This document shows, piece after piece, positions 19,094-28,285 of a stretch of 32,000 nucleotides of DNA (position 1 is the first letter of the stretch; each line of letters begins with the position of its first letter). The DNA comes from Coprobacillaceae bacterium (lineage in GTDB: Bacteria > Bacillota_I > Bacilli_A > Erysipelotrichales > Coprobacillaceae): positions 2,040,001 through 2,072,000 of the forward strand of contig OY776328.1 in NCBI GenBank assembly GCA_963675515.1, written 5' to 3'. The notes below the pieces were generated by a model. It was not told the origin of the DNA and made no database searches. It saw nothing but the letters and a program-made list of their open reading frames with translations. The position numbers and the translations under genes were made by a program.

Positions 19094-19513
19094 TCATTTT
19101 TCTACCTCGATGTCGTTGTCCTGGCACCATTCCAAGGCTACCGCTTCATATTTTTTATCCCGGAACTTGTACCACGAATCAGCAAGTCGCAACTGGTTTA
19201 CCTTGTCCTTGAATTTGCGGAAGGCTCCTTTGCCAAGAAGAGCCCTGTCAAGGGCATCCTGCGCCTTGCCTTCAGGCAGGCTCGCGACGAAATCTTCCAT
19301 CATGGCATACTCATTTATCTCATATTGGCCTGGTAATGGCACATACTCATCCCAATCGTACTCCAAGTCTTCGTCATCATCATCATCGATCAAGGAAAAG
19401 CTACCGAAGCTGCCCCTCATTATGATTTTACCCGACGGCTTTTCGTAGTAGAAACTCAATTCCTGATTCGCCGACTCCAGCGCATCAATCACATCTTCCA
19501 ATTTTACTTTCAT
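19094..19513 (-). CDS. UPF0158-family protein (function unknown)
   Basis: 139-aa ORF with an acidic insert DDDDDEDLEYDWDEY and the GKGAFRKFKD motif, which I associate with UPF0158. Recalled from memory, not searched. Confidence 0.6.
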   Translation of the reverse strand: MKVKLEDVIDALESANQELSFYYEKPSGKIIMRGSFGSFSLIDDDDDEDLEYDWDEYVPLPGQYEINEYAMMEDFVASLPEGKAQDALDRALLGKGAFRKFKDKVNQLRLADSWYKFRDKKYEAVALEWCQDNDIEVEK

Positions 19514-19710
19514 ACATCTTCCTCTTTCCTACATTGGTGGTGTCAAAACCCCAAACCGGGCAGTCATTTTTGAATCTCAACAGGACATTGACAATCATGC
19601 TCACCTTTTGAGGTACACAGGTTAATTATATACCCTATCCACCTTGAGGTAAACATCTTATATCTGCTTTGAAAATTATTTTCTTTACCCCCAAGAATAA
19701 TGCACCCAAG

Positions 19711-20376
19711 TCATTCATTGGGACGTTGTTTTTTGGTTTGTGTCAACAAATATGTTTTCTTGATTACATGGACAGGTTTTCCATCCAATAACTTATTAAT
19801 GTTTATCGAATTGCCAGACATCAGTAAATTCAAAACAATGGTCATAACCGCTATCATCGCCATTCCATAGATGACACTACCGATAGGTCTGAATGTCGCT
19901 TGAAGCAACAGGATTGCTCCGTCAATCACATTGACCATTACCGCTAAGGAAACGCCGGTCTTTTTATGGATGACCATCGCCAGCAGGTCCCCACCCCCTG
20001 TCGACCCATCCTGTTTCAGGATCATAGCCAGGCCGATTGAAAGCATCGCAGCTCCCAGGATGCTTGAAGCTAATGGATATTCTTCCAGACTGATGACATT
20101 TTGAACTTTACCGCATACCTCTAGTAGCAGCGGGAAGCTTATCACACTTATAAGAGTGTTGCCCAGGACTTTTTTACCCAACGTTACATAACCCAGCAAC
20201 AAGACCGCGAAATTGATCACGCCAACTGCCAAGCTCACGGGAAGGTGCAAATAGTGATTTGCCGCCACTGCCACTCCGGTTATCCCTCCAGTCAATATTC
20301 CACTGGGCAGGATCACCATGGCGATGGCAACCGCCATCATAAGATTACCAGTCAATATGAAAATCACTTTTTTCAT
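19711..20376 (-). CDS. YitT-family integral membrane protein (no C-terminal DUF2179 domain)
   Basis: 221 aa, multi-TM, with GGITG and STGGGDL motifs. Confidence 0.75.
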   Translation of the reverse strand: MKKVIFILTGNLMMAVAIAMVILPSGILTGGITGVAVAANHYLHLPVSLAVGVINFAVLLLGYVTLGKKVLGNTLISVISFPLLLEVCGKVQNVISLEEYPLASSILGAAMLSIGLAMILKQDGSTGGGDLLAMVIHKKTGVSLAVMVNVIDGAILLLQATFRPIGSVIYGMAMIAVMTIVLNLLMSGNSININKLLDGKPVHVIKKTYLLTQTKKQRPNE

Positions 20377-20430
20377 AAAATAATTTCCTCCTTTACTGGT
20401 ATCAATTTACCATTTTTAATGTATAAATTA

Positions 20431-20446
20431 TGTAGCCCATGCTACA
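20431..20446. promoter_or_regulatory. Candidate Crp/Fnr-type operator (TGTAGC-N4-GCTACA)
   Basis: 16-bp perfect palindrome 22 nt upstream of the Crp-family gene ATG, overlapping a TACAAT -10-like hexamer. Confidence 0.35.
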
Positions 20447-20467
20447 ATTAAAAAAAGGAGAAAGATT

Positions 20468-21109
20468 ATGAAATTGGACAAGGATTTGTACCGGTATTTT
20501 TACAATTGCGGCACCTCAAAAAGATATCGGGACCAGGAAACGATCTATCTTGAAGAAGAAAAAAGCCGTGGCATCTACCTCGTGATTTCCGGAAAAGTGC
20601 GCGTCTTTTTGATCTCGCTTGATGGCGGTGAAGTGACAATCGAGCTGCTCGAGCAAGGAAGCATCTTTGGAACATCTTCGATGGTAACGGATTCCTTGCG
20701 GCCAGTCAACATCGAAGCCATCGGGTCGACCGAACTTGTTGTGTGTGACCTGGAGAGTTTCTACCCTTATTTCAAGGAATCGCCCGAACTGGCCATCGCC
20801 TTTATCCAGCTGATATCAAAATCGTGCGACCATCTGACCAACCTGATCAGGAAAGATCGATTCTATGACCGGAACCAGAAAGTTGCCGCATTTCTGCTGG
20901 AAAACGAAAAGGAAGGCAAGGTTGCAAACTTCACCCATGAACAGATCGCCACAATCGTTGGGATGAACCGGGTCACCGTGTCGCGGGTGCTAAAAACGCT
21001 AAGCGACAAGGGACTTGTCGAACAGAAACACAAGCTGATCATCATCAATGATAATGCCAGTCTGAAGGCAATTGTCGAAAAGAGAAGAATGTCTCAGCCA
21101 ACCGTGTAA
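20468..21109 (+). CDS. Crp/Fnr-family transcriptional regulator
   Basis: N-terminal cNMP-binding-like beta-roll and C-terminal HTH HEQIATIVGMNRVTVSRVLKTLSDKGLV. Confidence 0.88.
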   Translation: MKLDKDLYRYFYNCGTSKRYRDQETIYLEEEKSRGIYLVISGKVRVFLISLDGGEVTIELLEQGSIFGTSSMVTDSLRPVNIEAIGSTELVVCDLESFYPYFKESPELAIAFIQLISKSCDHLTNLIRKDRFYDRNQKVAAFLLENEKEGKVANFTHEQIATIVGMNRVTVSRVLKTLSDKGLVEQKHKLIIINDNASLKAIVEKRRMSQPTV

Positions 21110-21185
21110 AAGCCAGCAAAACGCATCGCCTTATGGGCTGACCGCTAGGCGTCGTTCGCAATTCAATCTGACATTTTGAAATGTT

Positions 21186-21231
21186 AAAAAAGACCGTAAG
21201 GCGCATTTGATTGCCTGGGACGGTCTTTTTT
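21186..21231. terminator. Bidirectional terminator between convergent genes
   Basis: AAAAAAGACCGU..ACGGUCUUUUUU. Confidence 0.7.
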
Positions 21232-21264
21232 AGCTTCACTAAAAATAAAACTTTTAGTATGTAA

Positions 21265-22134
21265 TTATTTCTCGTCGATAAATTCATAGCCGGAATTCTG
21301 GAATCCCACAAACCGGAAGTTTTTCATCTTGGAGTTCAGGTTCTTTGCGTAGTTGAATGAGAATATCCCCGAGTAGATGACATTGAGAATATAACCCAGT
21401 GAAGATGATGTCGAATACTGTCCTATCTTCGTGGTGATCATTTCCTTCGATGTCATCCGCAGACAGACGTCGGCATTGTTCGACAGGGTATTGTCGGCCA
21501 GACAGGTGATCCCGATCGTCCTGGCCTGGCGTTTTTTCAGGATATCCAGGATATTGAGGATCGACCTGGTCTCACCCGAGTAGGATATCACAATGGCGCA
21601 GTGGTCCTTGTCACTCATGGCTGCCTGGATCTGGTCGTCTCCTGGAGTCGTCGCGATATTTGCCATGATGCCAAGATAGCCCAGGGCCACGCAAAACTGT
21701 CTGGCGATAAGGTGATTGTAGGACGTGGCATAGATATCGATGACCTTGCAATCGCGAAGCAGCACCAAAGCCGCCTGGATGTCGTCATGATTCAACAAGG
21801 CCTTAGTTTCCTTGATGGCGGCAATCTGCAGCTGGGCGATGTTGTCGGCAATTGTCATGATATCATCGGAGATGGTAAAGGGAATGCTCGCATCGATGTC
21901 CGTCTCCTTGTTGAGGTATTCGAGCTCTTCAAGGTAAGCTTTCTTGAACTCGGTCCAGCCGCCAAATCCCATTTTCTTGGCAATGCGCACAAGCAACGGT
22001 GCCGATGTGAATGTGGCCTTGGCGATGTCATAGCTTGACATGTCCTTTATTTTCATCCCTTCGTTAAGGATGAATTCGATGATTTCGCTTTCCGCTGCGG
22101 AAAAATGCGTCTGTTCGATCCGATGGAATATCAT
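21265..22134 (-). CDS. MurR/RpiR-family transcriptional regulator (HTH plus SIS domain)
   Basis: 289 aa with an N-terminal HTH_6-like region and a C-terminal SIS domain (VISYSGETR). Confidence 0.85.
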   Translation of the reverse strand: MIFHRIEQTHFSAAESEIIEFILNEGMKIKDMSSYDIAKATFTSAPLLVRIAKKMGFGGWTEFKKAYLEELEYLNKETDIDASIPFTISDDIMTIADNIAQLQIAAIKETKALLNHDDIQAALVLLRDCKVIDIYATSYNHLIARQFCVALGYLGIMANIATTPGDDQIQAAMSDKDHCAIVISYSGETRSILNILDILKKRQARTIGITCLADNTLSNNADVCLRMTSKEMITTKIGQYSTSSSLGYILNVIYSGIFSFNYAKNLNSKMKNFRFVGFQNSGYEFIDEK

Positions 22135-22273
22135 TGCTTACCCTCCTGTTTGCACTCCAATTAGTTATTTTTACTCAAGTGACCTTCTCAGTTCATTATA
22201 TCATTTTATCAAGCTGATTAAAATCTTATCTTCGAACCATGAAAACTGAAAACACATGCGATTTCAAGCGAAG

Positions 22274-22297
22274 AAAAAAGAAGGGATTTCCCTTCTC
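22274..22297 (-). terminator. Intrinsic terminator after the 110-aa gene
   Basis: Minus strand GAAGGG-AAAU-CCCUUC followed by UUUUUU. Confidence 0.75.
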
Positions 22298-22311
22298 GTG
22301 TGAATTGGCAA

Positions 22312-22644
22312 TTACTTATTGATGGCTTGGTCAACTTGTTCCTTGATTTTGGCTGAATATTCTTCCTTGTCGAAATCCAATTCGCTGTTTTCAACTTGGT
22401 AATTGTCCTCGTCACCAAAGAAAACAGTGATATTTCCTTTCGCTTCTTTGGCGATCTGATCTCTTAGCACCTGGCGCGCTTTTAGCGAAGCTTCTTCGCT
22501 TTCCACTTGTTCTTTCAATTTGTTCACGTATTCAGCTTTGTCAAAATCGCCTGCTTTGACATCTGGTTGGTAAGCTGATGCCTGACCGAATACTTCCTGG
22601 AATTTTTCTTTTGCGGCTGCGTTGATTTGTTGTTGTGTACTCAT
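22312..22644 (-). CDS. Hypothetical 110-aa hydrophilic protein with an internal duplication
   Basis: Start at ATG 22644 (AAAGGAG RBS). DFDKAEYVNKLKEQV and DFDKEEYSAKIKEQV occur about 60 residues apart. Confidence 0.65.
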   Translation of the reverse strand: MSTQQQINAAAKEKFQEVFGQASAYQPDVKAGDFDKAEYVNKLKEQVESEEASLKARQVLRDQIAKEAKGNITVFFGDEDNYQVENSELDFDKEEYSAKIKEQVDQAINK

Positions 22645-22738
22645 GATTGATTTCTCCTTTGGTTTTTGTCTTGGATTATTTATTACAGGTCCATTATATA
22701 AAAACCAAAGGATTCTACAACGATTCCTGGCCACCTAT

Positions 22739-22792
22739 TAACACTGATAACAAACTTTCTTCAAAATAATAATAATTCTGTTATCAGTGTTA
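22739..22792. repeat. 14-bp perfect inverted repeat with a 26-nt AT-rich spacer
   Basis: TAACACTGATAACA (22739-22752) and TGTTATCAGTGTTA (22779-22792). Confidence 0.9.
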
Positions 22793-22996
22793 TAGAAATG
22801 CCGATAATAAAGCGTTTTCATAAAAAAATGTATCGAAAACCATCTATTTTCAAAGCCGGACAACCAAATCCACACCAAATATCCAATGCCGTTTTTCCGC
22901 CAATCCTTGATCTTCAACCCGTTGTTTGATGCGACTTTGATTAACGAAAAAGACAGACCAAGGATATCCTTTAGCCTGTCCGTTAACTCCATTGTT

Positions 22997-23647
22997 TTAT
23001 GTTCTGGCAACCCGAGCCTTGATGCTGTCATTGATACTTTCGTGTTCTACACTTTTTACATCGAACTTCAATATCTTGAAAGTGAACTCGAGCACGAAAC
23101 CGATTGAGATGACAGAGATAGCCGTCCCGATTCCAACCTTGGCTCCCAAAAGCCAGCCGATAACCAGCACAGCCCCCTCGATAAGACCGCGGATCGCACC
23201 GATCGGCACTTTTGGCAATCTCTTGGCCAGGGCGATCATCAATGCATCCCGGGGACCACACCCAAGAGCCGACCCGATATAGAAATAGCTGCCAAGACAG
23301 ATGGCAAACTGTCCGGTTATAAGCATCACGATTCCCAGAGGCAAGCTTTCCATCTTGGGGACCAGATTGGTGAACTGGATCAGATCGACAAACTTTCCGA
23401 TCAATATCGCATTCAAAATCGTGCCAAAACCGATTTTCTCCTTCAAAAGGAAATCGACCGCAATAATTGCAAGGCCGGTGAAAACCACGACATCGCCATA
23501 AGACAGACCTGTAAGATACGAACCGCCCATACTAAAGGCCTCCCACGGTGCCAGGCCCAGATTTGCCTGGATTGTCAAAAATGAACCCAAGGCAAACAGG
23601 AACAAACCAAAAATCAATTTAGAAAACCGTAAAATGTATTTATTCAT
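22997..23647 (-). CDS. YczE-like integral membrane protein
   Basis: Start at ATG 23647 (AGGGGAAG RBS); multi-TM; motifs LGLAPWEAF and GCGPRDALM. Confidence 0.7.
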   Translation of the reverse strand: MNKYILRFSKLIFGLFLFALGSFLTIQANLGLAPWEAFSMGGSYLTGLSYGDVVVFTGLAIIAVDFLLKEKIGFGTILNAILIGKFVDLIQFTNLVPKMESLPLGIVMLITGQFAICLGSYFYIGSALGCGPRDALMIALAKRLPKVPIGAIRGLIEGAVLVIGWLLGAKVGIGTAISVISIGFVLEFTFKILKFDVKSVEHESINDSIKARVART

Positions 23648-23841
23648 ATCTTCCCCTACCAATTAATAAGTTAAATTCCTGTACTTTTATCCGCCAGGTT
23701 TTCAAAATTCTAACACATGCAGTCGTAGTTGTCCATTCCCAAATAGGCTGGACGATGAGATTGTTGTTTTATGGACAGTTGGTATCATCGCAAAAATAAT
23801 TACCGCTGTTAGCGAGCAAGCGACAATATTCAGATTACACC

Positions 23842-24967
23842 TTATATTTTCCGGTATTTCTTCAATGCCAGAGTATTTAGCACCAGGAAAAGAACCATAT
23901 ATCCAAACAATACGACCAGCTCAGGAATGATCCGGGACAATCCATATCCCCGCAACGCCACATCAAGCAAGGCCTGGGCGCCGTAAGTCAATGGAAAGAT
24001 CCTGGCAAGAAAAGTGAGCCAGACCGGCGCACCATTGAGGGAGAAAAGACCGCAAAAGAGAATCTGAGGCACTATCACAATCGGAATGAACTGGAACAGC
24101 TGAAGTTCGTTGCGGGCAAACGCCGACAGCAAAGTTCCCAGGGCCAATGATCCCGCAGCGAGCAGCAGGTTGACCAGCAATACCACCAGGAATGATCCTC
24201 TTATTTCCAGATTTAGCCCCTTGACCATGAAGATTTGCATCAGCAACGTCTGCAGAAACACAAAAAAGCCAAAACCAAGAAAATATCCTATGACTATCTC
24301 GATACGTCGCACCGGCGTTGCAAGCAGCCGTTCCAATGTTCCGGTAATCCGTTCCCGCAAAAAGGCGACACCGGCCAGGATGAACACGAAAAAGAAAATA
24401 AAGAATCCCATCAGCAATGGCGCTATATTGTCGAAGCTGTTCGCGTCACTATTGCCAAACAGAAAGTGGTAGTCGATAGTCGGGAAGCTTGAAGTTATTT
24501 TCAGATCCGGCAAGTCACCCGGATCCAAATTTCCAAGAATAGGAGCCAGTCGTTCTGACAGCTGGTCGTTTATCTGCGCCTGGAGCTGTCGGGGAACATA
24601 GGACTCCCAAGCCTGAGCCACAGCTTTCTTGACGGCTCCGGTGACTTCGCTTTGGGTTCCTTCGACATAGACGGTCAAGTCGTAATTGTCATAGGTGATG
24701 ATCGCATCGATCTTTCCTTGTTCAAGCAGGTTCAAGGCCAAGTCAAGATCAACTCCATCTTCAACCGTAGCGACATTGTTCAATTCATCATCCAGGGCTG
24801 AAGGCAGGTCGAATGTCTGGATGGATGGATGGAATGATTGCCGGACCGGCCAAAATCGTGTAAAGCAGGAATATCATCATGATCGGCGCCACAAGCAAGA
24901 GCGCAACTGTCCGAGGATCTTTTAAAATTTGGCGGATCACCCTTTGAGCGATGACGAAACTGTTCAC
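23842..24967 (-). pseudogene. ABC-2-type transporter permease, frameshifted at a (TGGA)4 repeat
   Basis: GTG 24967 (AAGGTGG RBS, directly after the ATPase stop) opens VNSFVIAQRVIRQILKDPRTVALLLVAPIMMIFLLYTILAGPAII.. (TM1). The rest of the protein (..QTFDLPSALDDELNNVATVEDG.., TM2-6) is in the +1 frame. The switch coincides with 24818-24833. Confidence 0.8.
24818..24833. repeat. Tetranucleotide repeat (TGGA)4, which is (TCCA)4 on the coding strand
   Basis: ctggatggatggatggaatg read directly from the sequence. Confidence 0.95.
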
Positions 24968-25705
24968 CTAAGCCACCTTCCATTCATCATGGCAGTAGGC
25001 CAGAAAAGCATCATTCAAGTTGTCGGTCCCTGTTGCGCGCAGAAGTTCTTCGTGTGTTCCTGTCGCAATGATTTCCCCATCCCGCATCAGCATGATTGAA
25101 TCACAGCGGACCGCTTCATCCATCACATGTGTCGTGACAAGAATCGTGCAGCCGAAGTCCTTCAAATATTTGAATTCATCCCAAAACTTATTGCGCAAAA
25201 CGGGATCTATTCCAACGGTCGGTTCATCCAAAAGCAGCAACTCGGGACTGTTGATCAGGGCAATTGCCAGCGACAGACGCCGTCTCATCCCACCGGAATA
25301 GTCGCGAACCACCTTCTTGCCATCCTGCTCCAGTCCGACAAATTCGAGCAGTTCCAAGGCCTTTTTGTTTGCCTGTTTGCCTGTCATGCCACAGATCCTT
25401 CCGAAGAAAACAAGATTGTCCATTCCTGAAAGATCATCATATAAGGCGTCATTTTGCGCCATATAGCCTATTTTTCTCATAACATCAAGCGAAGGCACCG
25501 AATGATTGAACACTTTTATCGTACCTTTTTGAAACTGACTTATGCCGACTATCGACTTGACCAGGGTTGTCTTGCCGGATCCCGAAGGCCCAATCAGTCC
25601 AATAATCTTGCCCTTTGCAATCGTGGCATCGAGATTCCTTATGACTTCCTGTTTGCCATAATTGACTTTCAAACCATTTATTTGAATCACAATATCTTCA
25701 TTCAT
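24968..25705 (-). CDS. ABC transporter ATP-binding protein
   Basis: Walker A GPSGSGKTT, signature YSGGMRRRL, Walker B LLLLDEP. Confidence 0.92.
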   Translation of the reverse strand: MNEDIVIQINGLKVNYGKQEVIRNLDATIAKGKIIGLIGPSGSGKTTLVKSIVGISQFQKGTIKVFNHSVPSLDVMRKIGYMAQNDALYDDLSGMDNLVFFGRICGMTGKQANKKALELLEFVGLEQDGKKVVRDYSGGMRRRLSLAIALINSPELLLLDEPTVGIDPVLRNKFWDEFKYLKDFGCTILVTTHVMDEAVRCDSIMLMRDGEIIATGTHEELLRATGTDNLNDAFLAYCHDEWKVA

Positions 25706-25734
25706 ATAAGACTCCTTTAATTCATTTTAGACGA

Positions 25735-26583
25735 TCACAGCTTGTCATCGGCAATTGAATGCTCATGTTCACTGATCCAGCTGTAGGCATCCTTCTTGCT
25801 CGCGGTGAGCAGCAGGTAGAGAACCTCCATCACCGTCATTGCGGATACCCGAGAAAATGAGAATTCATCCAGGAAAAGTTTCTCCCTGGTGGCGGTGGTG
25901 ATGTGATAATCACCCGTGTTGGCCACAGGTGAGTTATCATGATTAGTGATGGCAATTGTTGTGGCCCCTTTGTCTTTTGCCACTTTAAGGAGCGTGACCA
26001 GCTTCTTTGACGAGCCTGAATTGGAAATCGCAATTACCACGTCCTGACTGGTTAGGGTATATGAGAATGCCAGCTGGGTTTCCCAGATCGTATTGGCCAC
26101 CGACGCTATGCCCAACTGGTTGAACTTGTATGCTCCATCAAGGGAAACGGGAATCGTGTTGCCCACCGCCACCAGCTGGACGATCCGGGCATTCTTGATG
26201 GCATCCAGGATATTCCTGATCGTTGTCTCGTCCATCATCGATATCGTCTGTTTGAGTTCATCGATCTTGTTGGCCAGGATGTTTTTTAGCGACTGGGAGA
26301 TATCTTCAGGATCGATGTCATTTGAAGTGGCGGTCTCTTCCGATTCCACCATCTCCTTGGCGATGTTGATCTTAAGGTCATGGAAACCTTTGAGATCGCA
26401 CTTCTTGCAAAACCTGATTATGGTGGCTTCGCTGGCCCCGCTGATAATTGCGAGTTGCGAGACGGTCATTTCAATTACCTTGGCCTGGTTGTTGATGACA
26501 TAATCGGCAATCCGCTTTTCGGCCTCATAAAGACTGTCATATACCGCAAATATCTTGTCGAGCACCTTTTTCTCGCTTTTCAT
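25735..26583 (-). CDS. MurR/RpiR-family transcriptional regulator (HTH plus SIS domain)
   Basis: 282 aa, with the same two-domain layout as 21265-22134. Confidence 0.85.
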   Translation of the reverse strand: MKSEKKVLDKIFAVYDSLYEAEKRIADYVINNQAKVIEMTVSQLAIISGASEATIIRFCKKCDLKGFHDLKINIAKEMVESEETATSNDIDPEDISQSLKNILANKIDELKQTISMMDETTIRNILDAIKNARIVQLVAVGNTIPVSLDGAYKFNQLGIASVANTIWETQLAFSYTLTSQDVVIAISNSGSSKKLVTLLKVAKDKGATTIAITNHDNSPVANTGDYHITTATREKLFLDEFSFSRVSAMTVMEVLYLLLTASKKDAYSWISEHEHSIADDKL

Positions 26584-26619
26584 CCCGATATTCCCTCCTT
26601 TGCTGTATTGAAATCCAGG

Positions 26620-27588
26620 TTATTCAAAAGTGTATTTCAATCCCCACTGGCTACGGATTTCATCCATGATATCCATTACATCAGAGGTCATGCTTAAGGT
26701 GTCCGTTGCCTTGGATTTCATTATCATCTCCTGAATGTCTTCGACCTCGTAGACCAAAGCCTTTGTAGTTTCCCCGGCCTCGATGAGCTCGATAGTGCCA
26801 TCGGGATAGGTGATTGTCGCCTTGTCTGCCCGTGGGAAATTATCTACTGTGATGTAGCCAAGTTCACCGGCAACAACGCCTTTTTTAGGCTGCTTGGCCC
26901 GCATTGTAAGTGAGATCACTGCCATCTCATTGGCTCCGTTATTGAGAATTATCCCTGACTGTTCATCGACACCGGTTTCGAATTTCTTGACTGTGGTCAG
27001 TACTTCATCGGGCTGTTGCGACAGGAAATAACGGGTGAACGACAGGGCATATGTCCCGATATCCAACAGCGCCCCGCCAGCGAGATCCGGTGAGAAGAAA
27101 CGATTTTTAACATCATATTCCTTAAGAGAACCAAAGGACACATTGATTATCTTTACTTTACCGATCTTGCCATCATCAACAAGCTCTTTTAGCAACTTGT
27201 ACAGCGGCATATGGTAAATGGTCATCGCTTCTTCGACAATCAGATTCTTTTTCCTGGCAAGCTCGATTATTTCCTTGAGCTGGGTGGAGTTGACGGTGAT
27301 CGCCTTCTCGCAAAGGACATGCTTGTTGTTTTCAAGACTTTTCATGATGTACTCATAATGGTTGCAATGTGGTGTCGCGATATAGACGACATCGATGTTT
27401 TCATCACTTAGCATCTCACCGTAATCCCCGTATATCTTTTCAACCTTGAACTTTTCAGCGAACTTCAAGGCCCGCTCCTTATTTCGCGACCCTACTGCAT
27501 AGACAGTTCCGTTAACCTGTTCAAGGGCCCCAGCGAACTCGGCAGCTATTGTTCCAGGGCCAAGTATCGCCCAGTTGATCTTTTCCAT
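26620..27588 (-). CDS. Gfo/Idh/MocA-family NAD(P)-dependent oxidoreductase
   Basis: Start at ATG 27588 (MEKINWAILGPGTIAAEFA Rossmann N-terminus); LCEKA motif. The track's 37-residue N-terminal extension overlaps rpiA. Confidence 0.85.
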   Translation of the reverse strand: MEKINWAILGPGTIAAEFAGALEQVNGTVYAVGSRNKERALKFAEKFKVEKIYGDYGEMLSDENIDVVYIATPHCNHYEYIMKSLENNKHVLCEKAITVNSTQLKEIIELARKKNLIVEEAMTIYHMPLYKLLKELVDDGKIGKVKIINVSFGSLKEYDVKNRFFSPDLAGGALLDIGTYALSFTRYFLSQQPDEVLTTVKKFETGVDEQSGIILNNGANEMAVISLTMRAKQPKKGVVAGELGYITVDNFPRADKATITYPDGTIELIEAGETTKALVYEVEDIQEMIMKSKATDTLSMTSDVMDIMDEIRSQWGLKYTFE

Positions 27589-27595
27589 AGTATTC

Positions 27596-28285
27596 TCATC
27601 TCTTTCCTTCATATTTTTTTGTGATTTTACGGATTCCATGATCACCGACCACAATGGCCATGGTGGCCACATCCACAAACAGCGAGGTCTCGATGACACC
27701 GCAGATTCCTTCTAGCTGTTTTTCAAGTCGAGCGATTTCTTCCACCGTGTCAAACTCAACGTCAATTAGAAGATTGCCGTTTTCAGTAATGGTGAAACCA
27801 TCCTTGGCCGTGCTCTTTCTGATGGCCGGTTTCCCACCCAAGGCCTTCACCTGGACATCCACATAGCTCAAGGCGTCTTGGAGAACTTCCAGGACGACAG
27901 GGTGTTTGAAAGCAAGCTGATCCGCCACTTTGGACTCGTCCACGAGCAGTACATATTTCTCAGCCATAGCGGCCACGAGTTTTTCCAATGTGTGGATTCC
28001 GCCTCCGCTTTTCAAGGCGTTAAGGTCATTATCGACCTCGTCACAGCCATCGAAGGCGATATCGACTTTGGCTGTAGCCATCGTGTGGAGCACTTCCAGT
28101 CCGTTATTTAGACAATACAGTTTGGTGTTTACCGATGGGGTTACAACCTTGACCTTGAGATTCGCAGCTTTGATATACTCGACCAGGTAGGATATGGTGC
28201 TCCCGCCCCCAAGTCCGACCACCATGCCGTCTTCAATCATTTTCAATGCCTCTCTGGCACATCTTCTTTTCAAATCATCCACCAT
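27596..28285 (-). CDS. rpiA: Ribose-5-phosphate isomerase A
   Basis: GLGGGSTISY, DGCDEVD and GGGIHTLEK motifs; 229 aa. Confidence 0.9.
   Translation of the reverse strand: MVDDLKRRCAREALKMIEDGMVVGLGGGSTISYLVEYIKAANLKVKVVTPSVNTKLYCLNNGLEVLHTMATAKVDIAFDGCDEVDNDLNALKSGGGIHTLEKLVAAMAEKYVLLVDESKVADQLAFKHPVVLEVLQDALSYVDVQVKALGGKPAIRKSTAKDGFTITENGNLLIDVEFDTVEEIARLEKQLEGICGVIETSLFVDVATMAIVVGDHGIRKITKKYEGKR

Noticed and set aside
22738-23031. 97-aa minus-strand ORF downstream of and overlapping the YczE-like gene.
   Set aside because: No RBS, its stop sits inside the 14-bp inverted repeat, and the Trp/Phe-rich sequence shows no motif. Probably non-coding.
24780-24983. 67-aa ORF (MEGGLGEQFRHRS..) at the ATPase/permease junction.
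   Set aside because: It is the third, non-coding frame across the permease N-terminus. The real N-terminus (VNSFVIAQRVIRQILKDPRTVALLL..) is in another frame starting at GTG 24967.
26620-27699. 37-codon N-terminal extension of the Gfo/Idh/MocA ORF overlapping rpiA.
   Set aside because: The Trp/Pro-rich extension is out of character, whereas the Rossmann N-terminus starts at ATG 27588, just after the rpiA stop.
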